From: Bacteroidaceae bacterium
GTDB lineage: Bacteria; Bacteroidota; Bacteroidia; Bacteroidales; Bacteroidaceae
DNA: 64,000 nucleotides
NCBI GenBank assembly: GCA_045617275.1
Contig: JAZLII010000063.1
Span: 22,477 to 86,476, forward strand
Direction of reading: 5' to 3'
Positions 1-9,602 of this stretch are shown here, piece by piece. The notes under the pieces were generated by a model. That model was not told the DNA's origin. It did no database searches and saw only the letters and a list, made by a program, of their open reading frames with translations. The position numbers and the translations under genes were made by a program. How positions within the stretch are numbered: the stretch's first letter is position 1; every line of letters begins with the position of its first letter.

Positions 1-3000
1 TTTGAAGGGAAGAGCATTAGCGTGGGTGGCGCAGTAGCAAGATTTGAGGCCAACACCTGGTACTTTCTGCATCAGGCTCGTGTTTATGGTACCGATACCG
101 GCACGCACAGTGAGGTAGGAAGCCTGCCTGTTACCGGTGGTTTCATGTACGACACTGGTGCTAACCACATTAAGAAATCGAACCTTGAGGCTGTACCCGA
201 GGCCAGCCCCGCAGCTTCAAAAGCCGCATACATTGTCCGCTTCATTGAGAGCGAGAACAACAAGGGTGCCTACAAGATTCAATTCGGTACAGGCAATTTC
301 ATGATGGACGCCCCTGCCAGTGGTAGCGGTTCGAGCAAGTATGATGCTCAGGACTTCAACATCTACAACATCAACGATGTGGATGGTCACTTCGCTATCA
401 ACAAGTGGAACATGAGCAACATCCTCGACAACAATGGTGCCGACCAGACCTGTGCCTATTGGAGTAGTGGCGTAGTCACCGAGCTGAACGGCAACAACGA
501 CTGGGCCATCCACGAGGTTGTATGGGGAGAGATCAGTTTGCGCGATGCAGCCATGGCTGAGTTGCAGGCCGTATATGGCAACTACAGCGAATATGAGTTT
601 ATGGCTGGTACCGAGCCCGGCAACTACGGCCAGGCAGAAGTAGATGCTTTCAATGCCGCTATGGATGCTGCCTCTGAGGCTGACGGCCCCGGTGGTGCAT
701 CTCTGACTGCAGAGGATCTCGCCAAGATGGCACAGGACATCAAGGACACCTACGAAGCAGTTCTGGCTTCACGCGTTCCTTACGCCGTGAGCATCACTCC
801 GGGTTACTACTACATCAAGTCAGCTCTTGACTTCAAGACCACCACAACCACAGAGGCTACCGAGGATCCCGAGACAGGCGAGGAGATTCCCGGCGAAATC
901 ATTGAGACACACCACACCAAGGCCATGTATACCAGTGGTGCAAATGGCAAGTGGGCAGAGTTCGATGAGACCTCTCGTCAGGATGCCAACTACATCTGGA
1001 AGATCACCGAGGCAGGTGACAAGAAGTATCACCTCATCAACGCACAGACCGAGGCACAGTTCAAAGCTGTTGCCACTTCAACCGCTATCACGCTTTCCGA
1101 ACAAAGTGACAGCCTTGTCGTATTTGACACAGCCGGTCTTGAGGATAAGAATATCTACAACATCCGTCTTGCCTCTCAGGCTGAGCGCGGATATTTCTAC
1201 ATCCACTGCGACGGACATGGAGGTGGCTCTGGTGTACAGGGCAACCTCGTAGGATGGTGCAACACTGCCAATGTAGAAACCGAAACCGCCAACGCTTCAG
1301 AGTGGACACTTGAGGCCATCGACGAGAGCGTGGCTCTGGCCATTATCGAGGCTTGCAGCCCCGCAAAGAAGATCAAGGCCATGGTTGACTCTGCTGCTGT
1401 AATTCTGGCAGCTGTTCCCGCAACTATCGCCATTGCCCAGGATAAGGTGACCGAGATCAACTCCGAGTATCCTCTCATCCAGAGCGTAGAGCAGTTGAGC
1501 AGCCCCATGACCGAGCCCAACGAGGGTTCTATCGCAGGCCTCATCGATGGCAACGCCGGTACTTTCTGGCACTCACAGTGGAGCGGTCGTCAGCCTGCCA
1601 ACGGTACCGACTATATCCAGATTGAGATGGTAGAGACCGATATCGCTGATGCAGCCTTTGTCTACACCCGTCGTGCAGTCCAAAATGACCACTTGACCAT
1701 AGCCAGCGTTTATGGCACCAATGACTTTGAGGCAGAGAAGGGTGCTTGTGAGCTCCTCGCCACCGTCAACCTGCCCTTCGGCAGCAACAACGAGACTCTG
1801 ACCTCCGATGTATTCCCCTTGAAGGGTTACCAGTACATCCGCATCTACGCAGAGGCTACCACCAACAACCGCGGATACTTCCACATGGCTGAACTTCAGC
1901 TCTATCCTGCCAGTGTAAGCACTCCCTATGCTACCACTCAGGCTGCACAGCGTGCCGACTTGATCAGCACACTGGAGAAGGCCATCGAGAACTGGAACGG
2001 TGTTGCTTCCGATGCATCTGTTGAGACCTACACCGCCGCATTCAACGCCCTGAACGACGCCTACACGGCTTGGCAGGCTGTATATGTAGATCCCGCTGCT
2101 TTGCGTCAGGCTATCAAGAACGCTCCCGACACCAAGGTTATCAAGATCGGTAACAATCCCGGTGAGTGGCCAAGCGCCGAAGGTACTATTGCAGGCCTGT
2201 TGGCAAGCGCTCAGGCTTACGACGAGTCTGGTCTCTACACTCCCGCACAGAGCGAGAAGTTCATCAACGACCTGACCAAGGCTCAGGAGGATATGTTTGC
2301 TGCTGCCAACAAGGTTAAGACCGGCAAGTGGTACAACATTCGCTTCGCTACCGAGGCAGAATACGATGAGAACGGTTGGGACAAGAACCCTGCCAAGGAG
2401 ATTGTCAACGAGGATGCCAATGTAGAAACTAGCCACGCCCTGTTTGGCAAGTACATCACCGTGGGCAAGCATGCCAACGAGACTGTCTCTTATACCAATG
2501 CAGAAGGCAACGAGCAGAAGACCACTCAGTACAACGTTGAGGAGCTCACAAGCGACGATGCCACCTTTGGTGCTGGCGTATGCTTCATGACTAAGGAAGA
2601 TATCAGCAATGCTGACGCTGCTCTTTGGCAGTTCGTTGCCATCGGTGATTCTGCCTATGTACTGCAGAACAAGGCTACCGGCCTTTACATGCGTACCGGC
2701 AACACAGGTGCCGTAACCATGAGCATCCAGCCTACCACCTTCAATGCTTCTGCCATCGGTTTCGGTAAGAACCTCATCAAGGCAGTTGCTCTGAACGGTG
2801 CTAACAACAACTACCTGCACGCAGAGCGCGCTACCAACAATCTGGTAACCTGGAACGCCACTACCATCGAGTCCAACTCTGCACTCTACATCGAGGAGGT
2901 TGCCGACGTTACCGAGCAGCCTACCAACGAGTTCACTTGGAGTCTCTGGCCCGGTCAGGTACAGACCGTATGCTATCCTGCAGAACTGACTGCCAAGGAG

Positions 3001-3552
3001 GCCACCCTCTACACCGTATCTGTTGAAGGCAACACCGTTACTCTGAACCCCATCAAGGGCAACACCGTAGCAGCAGGTAAGGCTGCCGTGATGATCCTGG
3101 GCAGCACCGAGGACTACGAGGAGATAGAGTATGACGAGGAGAGCGAGAACTACAATGCTGAGAACTTCGAACTCTGCACCTTCACTCATGGCACTTCATT
3201 TGTAGCTGCAGCCGATACCACCGGCATCCTCCGCGGTGCATTTGTCAACACCACCATCGGTTCGGGCAACATCTGGGCTGAGGGCAACAGCATGGTACTC
3301 ACCAAGAAGTCCAACAACACCCTGGGTGCCAACACCGCTTACGTAAAGGCAGGCATCACCGACCTTGAGTCTACCATCACCCTGATTGTTGAAAGCGAGG
3401 AGAAGGATGCTATCCAGAGTGCCGTTGCCAACGTCAGCAAGACCGGCAACATCTACACCGTAGACGGAAAGTTCGTTGGTCGTGGCAACCTGAACAACAT
3501 CAAGGAGAAGGGCATCTACATTCTCAATGGTGTGAAGGTTCTCGTAAAGTAA
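1..3552 (+). CDS. Large T9SS-sorted surface protein (5' end outside window): repeated lectin-like modules, F5/8 type C (discoidin)-like domain, C-terminal T9SS sorting domain
   Basis: Frame 1 is open from base 1, so the track ORF at 22 is an internal GTG. Discoidin-like signature GSIAGLIDGNAGTFWHSQWSG. Three modules end in W-x-[IL]-x-E-[VA]. The tail NIYTVDGKFVGRGNLNNIKEKGIYILNGVKVLVK resembles a Por/T9SS CTD. TAA stop followed by a hairpin terminator. Confidence 0.7.
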   Translation, partial: FEGKSISVGGAVARFEANTWYFLHQARVYGTDTGTHSEVGSLPVTGGFMYDTGANHIKKSNLEAVPEASPAASKAAYIVRFIESENNKGAYKIQFGTGNFMMDAPASGSGSSKYDAQDFNIYNINDVDGHFAINKWNMSNILDNNGADQTCAYWSSGVVTELNGNNDWAIHEVVWGEISLRDAAMAELQAVYGNYSEYEFMAGTEPGNYGQAEVDAFNAAMDAASEADGPGGASLTAEDLAKMAQDIKDTYEAVLASRVPYAVSITPGYYYIKSALDFKTTTTTEATEDPETGEEIPGEIIETHHTKAMYTSGANGKWAEFDETSRQDANYIWKITEAGDKKYHLINAQTEAQFKAVATSTAITLSEQSDSLVVFDTAGLEDKNIYNIRLASQAERGYFYIHCDGHGGGSGVQGNLVGWCNTANVETETANASEWTLEAIDESVALAIIEACSPAKKIKAMVDSAAVILAAVPATIAIAQDKVTEINSEYPLIQSVEQLSSPMTEPNEGSIAGLIDGNAGTFWHSQWSGRQPANGTDYIQIEMVETDIADAAFVYTRRAVQNDHLTIASVYGTNDFEAEKGACELLATVNLPFGSNNETLTSDVFPLKGYQYIRIYAEATTNNRGYFHMAELQLYPASVSTPYATTQAAQRADLISTLEKAIENWNGVASDASVETYTAAFNALNDAYTAWQAVYVDPAALRQAIKNAPDTKVIKIGNNPGEWPSAEGTIAGLLASAQAYDESGLYTPAQSEKFINDLTKAQEDMFAAANKVKTGKWYNIRFATEAEYDENGWDKNPAKEIVNEDANVETSHALFGKYITVGKHANETVSYTNAEGNEQKTTQYNVEELTSDDATFGAGVCFMTKEDISNADAALWQFVAIGDSAYVLQNKATGLYMRTGNTGAVTMSIQPTTFNASAIGFGKNLIKAVALNGANNNYLHAERATNNLVTWNATTIESNSALYIEEVADVTEQPTNEFTWSLWPGQVQTVCYPAELTAKEATLYTVSVEGNTVTLNPIKGNTVAAGKAAVMILGSTEDYEEIEYDEESENYNAENFELCTFTHGTSFVAAADTTGILRGAFVNTTIGSGNIWAEGNSMVLTKKSNNTLGANTAYVKAGITDLESTITLIVESEEKDAIQSAVANVSKTGNIYTVDGKFVGRGNLNNIKEKGIYILNGVKVLVK

Positions 3553-3636
3553 TATAAAATCACGCCCATAAGTTCACCTGCCATTCGGCTATGTGATACC
3601 AACAGGCATCTAATATTACACCTAATATAAAAAAAG

Positions 3637-3667
3637 GCCCGAAGGTTTGTCCCTTCGGGCTTTTTTT
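3637..3667 (+). terminator. Rho-independent terminator hairpin (GCCCGAAGG-N6-CCTTCGGGC + T7)
   Basis: Perfect 9-bp GC-rich stem followed by a T run. It is flanked upstream by an A run, so it could work in both directions. Confidence 0.7.
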
Positions 3668-3669
3668 CA

Positions 3670-3677
3670 TAATTTTG
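3670..3677 (+). promoter_or_regulatory. Bacteroidetes -7 promoter box TAATTTTG
   Basis: Matches the TAnnTTTG consensus, 27 nt upstream of the ATG at 3704. Confidence 0.45.
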
Positions 3678-3703
3678 CATCAGAAACTATAAAAAAGTAT
3701 ACC

Positions 3704-6700
3704 ATGAGCAAAAGACTACTTCTCTCTCTCGTTTGTGTACTGGTAAGTGCATGGGCATGGTGCGCCGTGCCACAGACCGGCAAGTACTATCGCATAGTCA
3801 ATGCGAACTACCCAGAATACTACATGGCCGAGAACTATCAGGCTGGCACCGCCGTATGTACCACCCTGGCAAGTAAGGCTTACCAGCAACTGTGGTACTA
3901 CACCAGTTCGGGACTGCAAAACGTGTACACAGGCCACTACATCCAGCCACAAGGGTCCACCAGCCAGATATTCAAGATGGGTGCAGGTAGTGCCGGAGTG
4001 AACTTGACAAGCGAAGCTGACGGCCACATCAAGATCAAGTGTGGAGGCAACACCTTGCACTGCGATGCTTCAAAGAACGTAGTAAAATGGGAGCCCGAAG
4101 CAGAAGCCAGCCACTGGAGCTTCGCAGAAGTAAGTCTTACCGCAGAGGAGATTGCAGCTGCACGCAAGGAATATCAGGAATTTGAGAAGACTGAAAACCA
4201 ATACGCCTCCATGCTCGACAAGTTGCAGAAGACCAACTACAGCGCATTGAGCACCTTCTTTGAAGACAATGCCTGCACACAGTTGAAGGCCAACTACAAG
4301 AGCATGAGCGATGAGTCACTCCGTGCTGCCATTACCGAGGCCGGCCTGCCAGAGCAACTGGCCAATATTGCCGTGAAGATCAAAAACGGTTGGACCGACG
4401 AGACCGACGCCAGCATGTCCGCGCAATTCCGCATCCATGACTACGAGGCCTACTCTGCAGCAGGCCCTTGGCGCTGGAGAAGCGTAGATGGCAACAACAA
4501 GGTCACCGGACTGGAAGCCAGCCAGATCAACGACATGTGCAACCCGACCGGTGTATATACCACAGGTCGTGATGTATTGTTTGTATTTGTTGAGGACAAC
4601 GTTCCTGCAGGTTGCGAGTTGCGACTGAGCGCCGTGAGCGAGGGCGTGTCTGGTTTTGGATACAACAACTATGACAACGGAACCGTTCTGAAGAAGGGTA
4701 TCAACATTGTAGGTTGCGAGAATGACTTGCGTGAGTATTGGGTGATGTACAGCGTCACCAACAAGAGCCTGAAGCCTGCCGACATGCCCAAGGTGAAGAT
4801 CCATGTGGAGGGCGGTCACGTGATGGGCTACGTCAATGTACAGGATAAGGACGAGGCATCTGCCAATGCTGAATATGAAAAGGTGCTGAAGGCTGCCAAC
4901 AAGTCGGCTGAGGCCAGCCAGGCTGACAAGTGTCGCCTACGCCTTGCCGTGAAGGGCAACTATGGTATGTTCTACTTCCAAATCATGTGCTACAACCGCA
5001 TCTGGTCTGACGGTAGCGCATCTCTGCTGGCCAACAATCCCAAGGAGGTGTCTGACTTCGAGTCAGAGCGCTGGACATCCAACTACAAGCAAGGCTTCAA
5101 GATATGGAAGAGCATGCGTTTCTATGATAGTGTCCTGATGTGGGAGTGGGGCTTGATGGGCTTCATGAAAAATGTAAGTGAAGCTACCAAGGAGAATCCT
5201 CTCTATCACTGCTATGGCGGTGAGGATATCTATCCCACCTATTGCAACAATCTGGCCTATGCCATCATGGGTACTGCCGGTGGCAATCCTCATTCATCCA
5301 CCGGCTACACTCACATGCCCGGAGTAGGGGCAGTGGAGAGTAGCTACAACGCAGAGCGTGCTGACTTTGACACCTGGTGCGTAGGACATGAGAGTGGTCA
5401 CAACAACCAGGGGCTCATCAACCTGGAGAGTAGTACAGAGAGTAGTAACAACCTCTTCTCCAACGTCATCACCTATCTCTACGGTTATCGCATGAGCCGT
5501 GGTGGCACCTTCATGGACAATCAGGCTTACAGCTATGACAACGTGGTATTCTCATGGCGCGACATCGGCATGACCATGCGTATGTACTACAACCTGTACC
5601 TTTACTACCACCGTGCAGGCTACAAGCAGAACTTCTACCCTACCCTCTTCAGCAATCTGCGCCGTGATCCCATCCGCCTTGGCACCACGGCCAAGACCTC
5701 ATGGCTGCACTTCTACAAGAAAGCCTGTGAGGCTGCTCAGGAGGATCTTACCGAATACTTCCGCCTATGGGGTTTCTTCATCCCCGTTGACAAGGGTGAG
5801 TTTGGCGACTACACCTCTCGTACTGTCACTTGTACGCAGGCGGATATCGACGAGGCCATCGCATGGGTGAAATCAAAGGGCTGGCCTGAGAATAAGAGCA
5901 TCATGTTTATCGAGGACCGTCTGAAACTCGTGGAGCGTATCGACATTTGGGCCAAAGAGGGCAATATCCGTCCCGACAATACCGGCACCATGCGCGACAT
6001 CAATTACCTCCATAGCCAGTATGGAGAATTGGGTCACTTCACCGACTATATGTCAGGCAACATCCACAATGCAGGAGAATATAGCTACACCGTTTCCGGT
6101 CAGACCATCGAGATGAAGGGTGAAGGCGGCGTCGGCATTCTGGTTTACGATGCCGAAGGCAATATCATATACCGTTCCAACAAACTGAAATTCAATTTAC
6201 CCGCAGCACTATCAACCGTTCCTTTCACCATCAAGGTGATGAACGTGGACGGAACGGAAGTTGTCGCAGTCAACCAGACAGGAGCCGAGCAATACCGCGA
6301 GGCACTGATCAGCGCTATTGCCAACGCCAAGAAGATCATCGCACTTTCCGACGAGACTGGCACTAAAGTGGGATATTATACACCCGAGCAGACTGCTTCT
6401 CTGCAAAAGATGATAGACGAGGGACAGAAGATCCTGGACGAAGGCACGGAAGGTAGCTACCAGAGCCAGTATGCAAAGATCACCGGAGAGAGCCTTCGTG
6501 TGGAAAACGAAGAGGAGGTCCAGATGGTGAACAATACGGGCTTGTACACTATTCAAAGTGACCGTTCACCCAACCGCTACATGTCTGGTGACAACACCCT
6601 GGCTACAGCGACCACCAAGTCGGCACAGCAGCAATGGGCCTTCGTGGCAAGTAGCAACAAGGGTAGCTACTATCTGCAGAATGTCAAGAGCCGTAAGCTC

Positions 6701-7819
6701 CTGGCAGCCAATGTAAATAGCGAAAGCAAGATCGCCAACTGGACGGTGACCACCGACAAACTGAGCGAAGCAAGCACCTTCACGCTGGAGAGTGCAGGTT
6801 CGGGTAGTTTCTACCTAAAGACCGACAATGTAAGCAAGGGAAATCTCTACATCAACTGCGATCCCTACGGAAGCATTGCCGTCTGGAGTGCAGATGCGGG
6901 TTCGAAGTGGAACATTGTTCGTATAAGCGAGATCGAGGAATACACAGATGCAGACATAAAGAATCTGGTGACAAGCACCGAGAAACTGATAGAAACCGTT
7001 TGTGACTATAGCAGCCAGAGTACCAAGTTGGCAGATGTCCAGACAGGCGACAAGGCGGCTCCCTACTACCTGTCCACCAATGCCACGGCAGGTACTGATG
7101 AATCACATGGCCTAAGCAGCCTGCTCGGTGGCAGTTCCACCTATTTCTCTACCGCGGGTGCCACGGTTAAGGCGAAGCGATTCATTACGCTTGATTTGGG
7201 CGAAGGCAACGAAACGGACAACATGCAGATATACTATCGTACTGCCCCCGGCCTGCACACGATGAAGCCCGCACGCATCACCGTCATGGCAGGTTCCAGC
7301 ACCTCTACTCTTACCACCGTCACAGAGTTGACCAACTTGCCTTCCGATGCAACCAAGGTGGAGACCTACACCAGTCCAGGTATCACCACAAGCACTCCCG
7401 CACGCATCTGGAGATTTAGGGTAGAGGAGACCAATGGTACGGCTGCCACCACTTACCCTGAGTTTGCATTGTCTTACCTCTACTTCTACGCCTACAACCT
7501 CACCATCACGCCCAATGCCGGTTATGAGGGCATTGACAAGAATCTGATTGTTTCTGCCAAGACTACCTGTGCCGAGGTGGAAGAAGCTGTCAAGGGCGAA
7601 ACGACTCCGTTGAGCAACTATGACCTGTTCACTACACTCAACACCGTCTACAACCAGCTTAAAGACGCAGCTACTGCAACGGGCATAGACGAAATGGCAG
7701 GAGAAACGATGCCCACTCGTACCCAGACGGGCATCTATGACCTAAGTGGTAGAAGAATCACCGGGAAGGGTCACAGTGGTCTCTACATTGTCAACGGAAA
7801 GAAGGTTGTCATCCAGTAA
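3704..7819 (+). CDS. M60-like (enhancin-like) zinc metallopeptidase with lectin-like, ricin-like and discoidin-like modules and a T9SS C-terminal domain
   Basis: Signal peptide MSKRLLLSLVCVLVSAWAWCAV starts at 3704; the track start at 3647 lies inside the upstream terminator. HEXXH motif HESGH at 5387-5401 in the context WCVGHESGHNNQG, typical of M60-like peptidases. QQWAFV...YYLQN is ricin-type. The tail GIYDLSGRRITGKGHSGLYIVNGKKVVIQ resembles a T9SS CTD. Confidence 0.8.
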   Translation: MSKRLLLSLVCVLVSAWAWCAVPQTGKYYRIVNANYPEYYMAENYQAGTAVCTTLASKAYQQLWYYTSSGLQNVYTGHYIQPQGSTSQIFKMGAGSAGVNLTSEADGHIKIKCGGNTLHCDASKNVVKWEPEAEASHWSFAEVSLTAEEIAAARKEYQEFEKTENQYASMLDKLQKTNYSALSTFFEDNACTQLKANYKSMSDESLRAAITEAGLPEQLANIAVKIKNGWTDETDASMSAQFRIHDYEAYSAAGPWRWRSVDGNNKVTGLEASQINDMCNPTGVYTTGRDVLFVFVEDNVPAGCELRLSAVSEGVSGFGYNNYDNGTVLKKGINIVGCENDLREYWVMYSVTNKSLKPADMPKVKIHVEGGHVMGYVNVQDKDEASANAEYEKVLKAANKSAEASQADKCRLRLAVKGNYGMFYFQIMCYNRIWSDGSASLLANNPKEVSDFESERWTSNYKQGFKIWKSMRFYDSVLMWEWGLMGFMKNVSEATKENPLYHCYGGEDIYPTYCNNLAYAIMGTAGGNPHSSTGYTHMPGVGAVESSYNAERADFDTWCVGHESGHNNQGLINLESSTESSNNLFSNVITYLYGYRMSRGGTFMDNQAYSYDNVVFSWRDIGMTMRMYYNLYLYYHRAGYKQNFYPTLFSNLRRDPIRLGTTAKTSWLHFYKKACEAAQEDLTEYFRLWGFFIPVDKGEFGDYTSRTVTCTQADIDEAIAWVKSKGWPENKSIMFIEDRLKLVERIDIWAKEGNIRPDNTGTMRDINYLHSQYGELGHFTDYMSGNIHNAGEYSYTVSGQTIEMKGEGGVGILVYDAEGNIIYRSNKLKFNLPAALSTVPFTIKVMNVDGTEVVAVNQTGAEQYREALISAIANAKKIIALSDETGTKVGYYTPEQTASLQKMIDEGQKILDEGTEGSYQSQYAKITGESLRVENEEEVQMVNNTGLYTIQSDRSPNRYMSGDNTLATATTKSAQQQWAFVASSNKGSYYLQNVKSRKLLAANVNSESKIANWTVTTDKLSEASTFTLESAGSGSFYLKTDNVSKGNLYINCDPYGSIAVWSADAGSKWNIVRISEIEEYTDADIKNLVTSTEKLIETVCDYSSQSTKLADVQTGDKAAPYYLSTNATAGTDESHGLSSLLGGSSTYFSTAGATVKAKRFITLDLGEGNETDNMQIYYRTAPGLHTMKPARITVMAGSSTSTLTTVTELTNLPSDATKVETYTSPGITTSTPARIWRFRVEETNGTAATTYPEFALSYLYFYAYNLTITPNAGYEGIDKNLIVSAKTTCAEVEEAVKGETTPLSNYDLFTTLNTVYNQLKDAATATGIDEMAGETMPTRTQTGIYDLSGRRITGKGHSGLYIVNGKKVVIQ

Positions 7820-7832
7820 AACAATTGACACG

Positions 7833-9557
7833 GTGAAGAGCAAGAAAACACCACATATAGCAGCAAAGAGCACCGGAAACAATTCCGGTGCTACCAAGTC
7901 CAGCAAGCAGACTGAACGATCAAACAACTCTTCAAAGAAGAAGTTGCCGCTCCTTCCCATTCCCGTCCTTGCCTTCGTCCTCATATGGCTTTGGGCTTCC
8001 TGTTGCCAGGGAGATGTCTTCAGGATGGCGCGAGAGAATAGCTTTTTCGCTTTCGACAGCCTGCTCATGAACTATGAGCTATGCAAGCCACAGGGTTGGC
8101 TTTGGGCCATAGGCAGAGCGCTATTGATGCTCTTCCGATATCCATGGATCGGTGGAGCCGTACTTGCCTTCATGCTTACGATGTCTTGCTGGCTCCTTGG
8201 CTACATCTTGCGCCTCACCTCACGATGGAGATGGCTACAATGGACTCCATTGGTAGCTTACACCGGTACTGTTACCTATGCAGGCCTCAATAATTATTTT
8301 GAGGTTGAGACAGGCTACGCCATGGCCATTCCTCTTGCAGTCTTTATCCTCTTGTTAGCATTTGGTGCTATCATTCGCTTGCTTACACGCAAACCAATGC
8401 CTGCACTGGTCGGACTCGCTAAAGATGAGACATCCACTCAAAACCAACTGCAATTTGCAGTGATAGTCGTTGTAGGCCTTGCCGCCCCCATGATCTACGG
8501 AAATATGTCCCGTTCCTACGTCCGTCCCATCGCTCACATGCAGGTGGCCGTGATGGAACAAGACTGGGATGAGGTCATCAAGACAGCAGAAGCTAACGCC
8601 GAGGAGAGCTACCGCCCCTTTGCTGCTCAATACGCGATAGCACTTGTTCAGACGGGCCAGATAGCAGACCGCATGTTCAACATCCGACTGGACTACGACT
8701 CTCTTTACATAGTAGGAATGAACGGAAACCGACACGACGCGCTCAATATGTATCTTATGGAGTGCGACTACCATGCCGGATTGGTCCAGACGGCCTATCA
8801 CCATGCCATGGAGAATATGGCAATGGAAGGACCCACTTTGCGCAACCTGAAGATGCTTTGCAAGACCGCCCTTCTCAGGGGGGAATGGGAGGTAGCAGAG
8901 AAGTATCTCACCATCCTCGACAAAGTGCCTTTTGAAGGAGACTTTGTAGAGAAATACAAAGCAATGCTTCGCAACAACGACAAGATCAACGCAGATGCAG
9001 AGTTTGCAGTCGTTCGTTCCACCGAACCTCTTCGCGACAACTTCGAAAATCGTTTTATCCAACCCGTTTTCTTAGGATATACTGCTACACTTTACGAAGG
9101 ACGTTCCATCAATGCACTCTACAACAGCATGATGGTCAACATATACACAAAGACCATGCAGGAATTCCTTATGAGAAGCCAGGCCTTGGAAGGTCAGACG
9201 CCTCCCACTTGCATATCACAAGCGCTAGCCTTGATGTCGGGCAAGCAACCGGAGATCCTAAATCACTTCAATGGCGTCAACTACTATTGCGGTGACTTGC
9301 AAAGTTTCCTCGCAGAGACTCAGCAGTACATCCAACCAAGACCAGGCATAACCGAGGATGAGAAAGCAGAACTGCTCAAAATCGGCATCACGCCTTCCGG
9401 CTCAGACTCGCTGATCTCCTCGGAAAACCGCGCCCTGCATGCCAGAGCCCTTTTCCCAAAGTACAAAGGTTACTATCCCTACTACTATTTCTTCGGCAAC
9501 CTGAAAGCTACCAAGAAAAAGAATGCCACAGAGAGTTCAAGTGCGGGAGTCAACTAA
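7833..9557 (+). CDS. Polytopic membrane protein (about 6 TM) with a C-terminal TPR-like soluble domain; resembles the Bacteroidales DUF6057 family from memory
   Basis: ORF track 7746..9557. The ATG at 7746 overlaps the upstream gene by 74 nt. GTG 7833, TTG 7944 or ATG 8025 are possible starts, and only starts upstream of 8025 keep the first TM helix (LLPIPVLAFVLIWLWASCC). The family call is from memory and unverified. Confidence 0.55.
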   Translation: MKSKKTPHIAAKSTGNNSGATKSSKQTERSNNSSKKKLPLLPIPVLAFVLIWLWASCCQGDVFRMARENSFFAFDSLLMNYELCKPQGWLWAIGRALLMLFRYPWIGGAVLAFMLTMSCWLLGYILRLTSRWRWLQWTPLVAYTGTVTYAGLNNYFEVETGYAMAIPLAVFILLLAFGAIIRLLTRKPMPALVGLAKDETSTQNQLQFAVIVVVGLAAPMIYGNMSRSYVRPIAHMQVAVMEQDWDEVIKTAEANAEESYRPFAAQYAIALVQTGQIADRMFNIRLDYDSLYIVGMNGNRHDALNMYLMECDYHAGLVQTAYHHAMENMAMEGPTLRNLKMLCKTALLRGEWEVAEKYLTILDKVPFEGDFVEKYKAMLRNNDKINADAEFAVVRSTEPLRDNFENRFIQPVFLGYTATLYEGRSINALYNSMMVNIYTKTMQEFLMRSQALEGQTPPTCISQALALMSGKQPEILNHFNGVNYYCGDLQSFLAETQQYIQPRPGITEDEKAELLKIGITPSGSDSLISSENRALHARALFPKYKGYYPYYYFFGNLKATKKKNATESSSAGVN

Positions 9558-9602
9558 TAGGACAAGTATCATCTATCGTTCCGATTACCTCATAGCAATC
9601 AC

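Noticed and set aside
1573-3189. 538-aa minus-strand ORF, along with similar long antisense ORFs at 12886..14100, 14241..15263, 15561..17375, 17941..18810, 21932..22834, 23653..24477, 33826..34638, 41944..43434, 50720..51718, 52225..52950, 53083..53976 and 61533..63209
   Set aside because: Each lies entirely antisense to a gene with clear family motifs. Their products are low-complexity and rich in Leu, Val, Gly, His and Arg. They are shadow ORFs of the kind seen opposite genes with GC-rich third codon positions.
3647-3703. Track start of the M60-like gene at 3647 (MSLRAFFHNFASETIKKYT...)
   Set aside because: These codons lie inside the upstream terminator hairpin/T run and the TAATTTTG promoter box. 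The ATG at 3704 is followed directly by a signal peptide.
7746-7832. ATG at 7746 as the start of the membrane/TPR protein
   Set aside because: It would overlap the T9SS C-terminal domain of the upstream gene by 74 nt and would encode hydrophilic sequence with no features. A start just after the upstream stop (GTG 7833, or TTG 7944) is more plausible.
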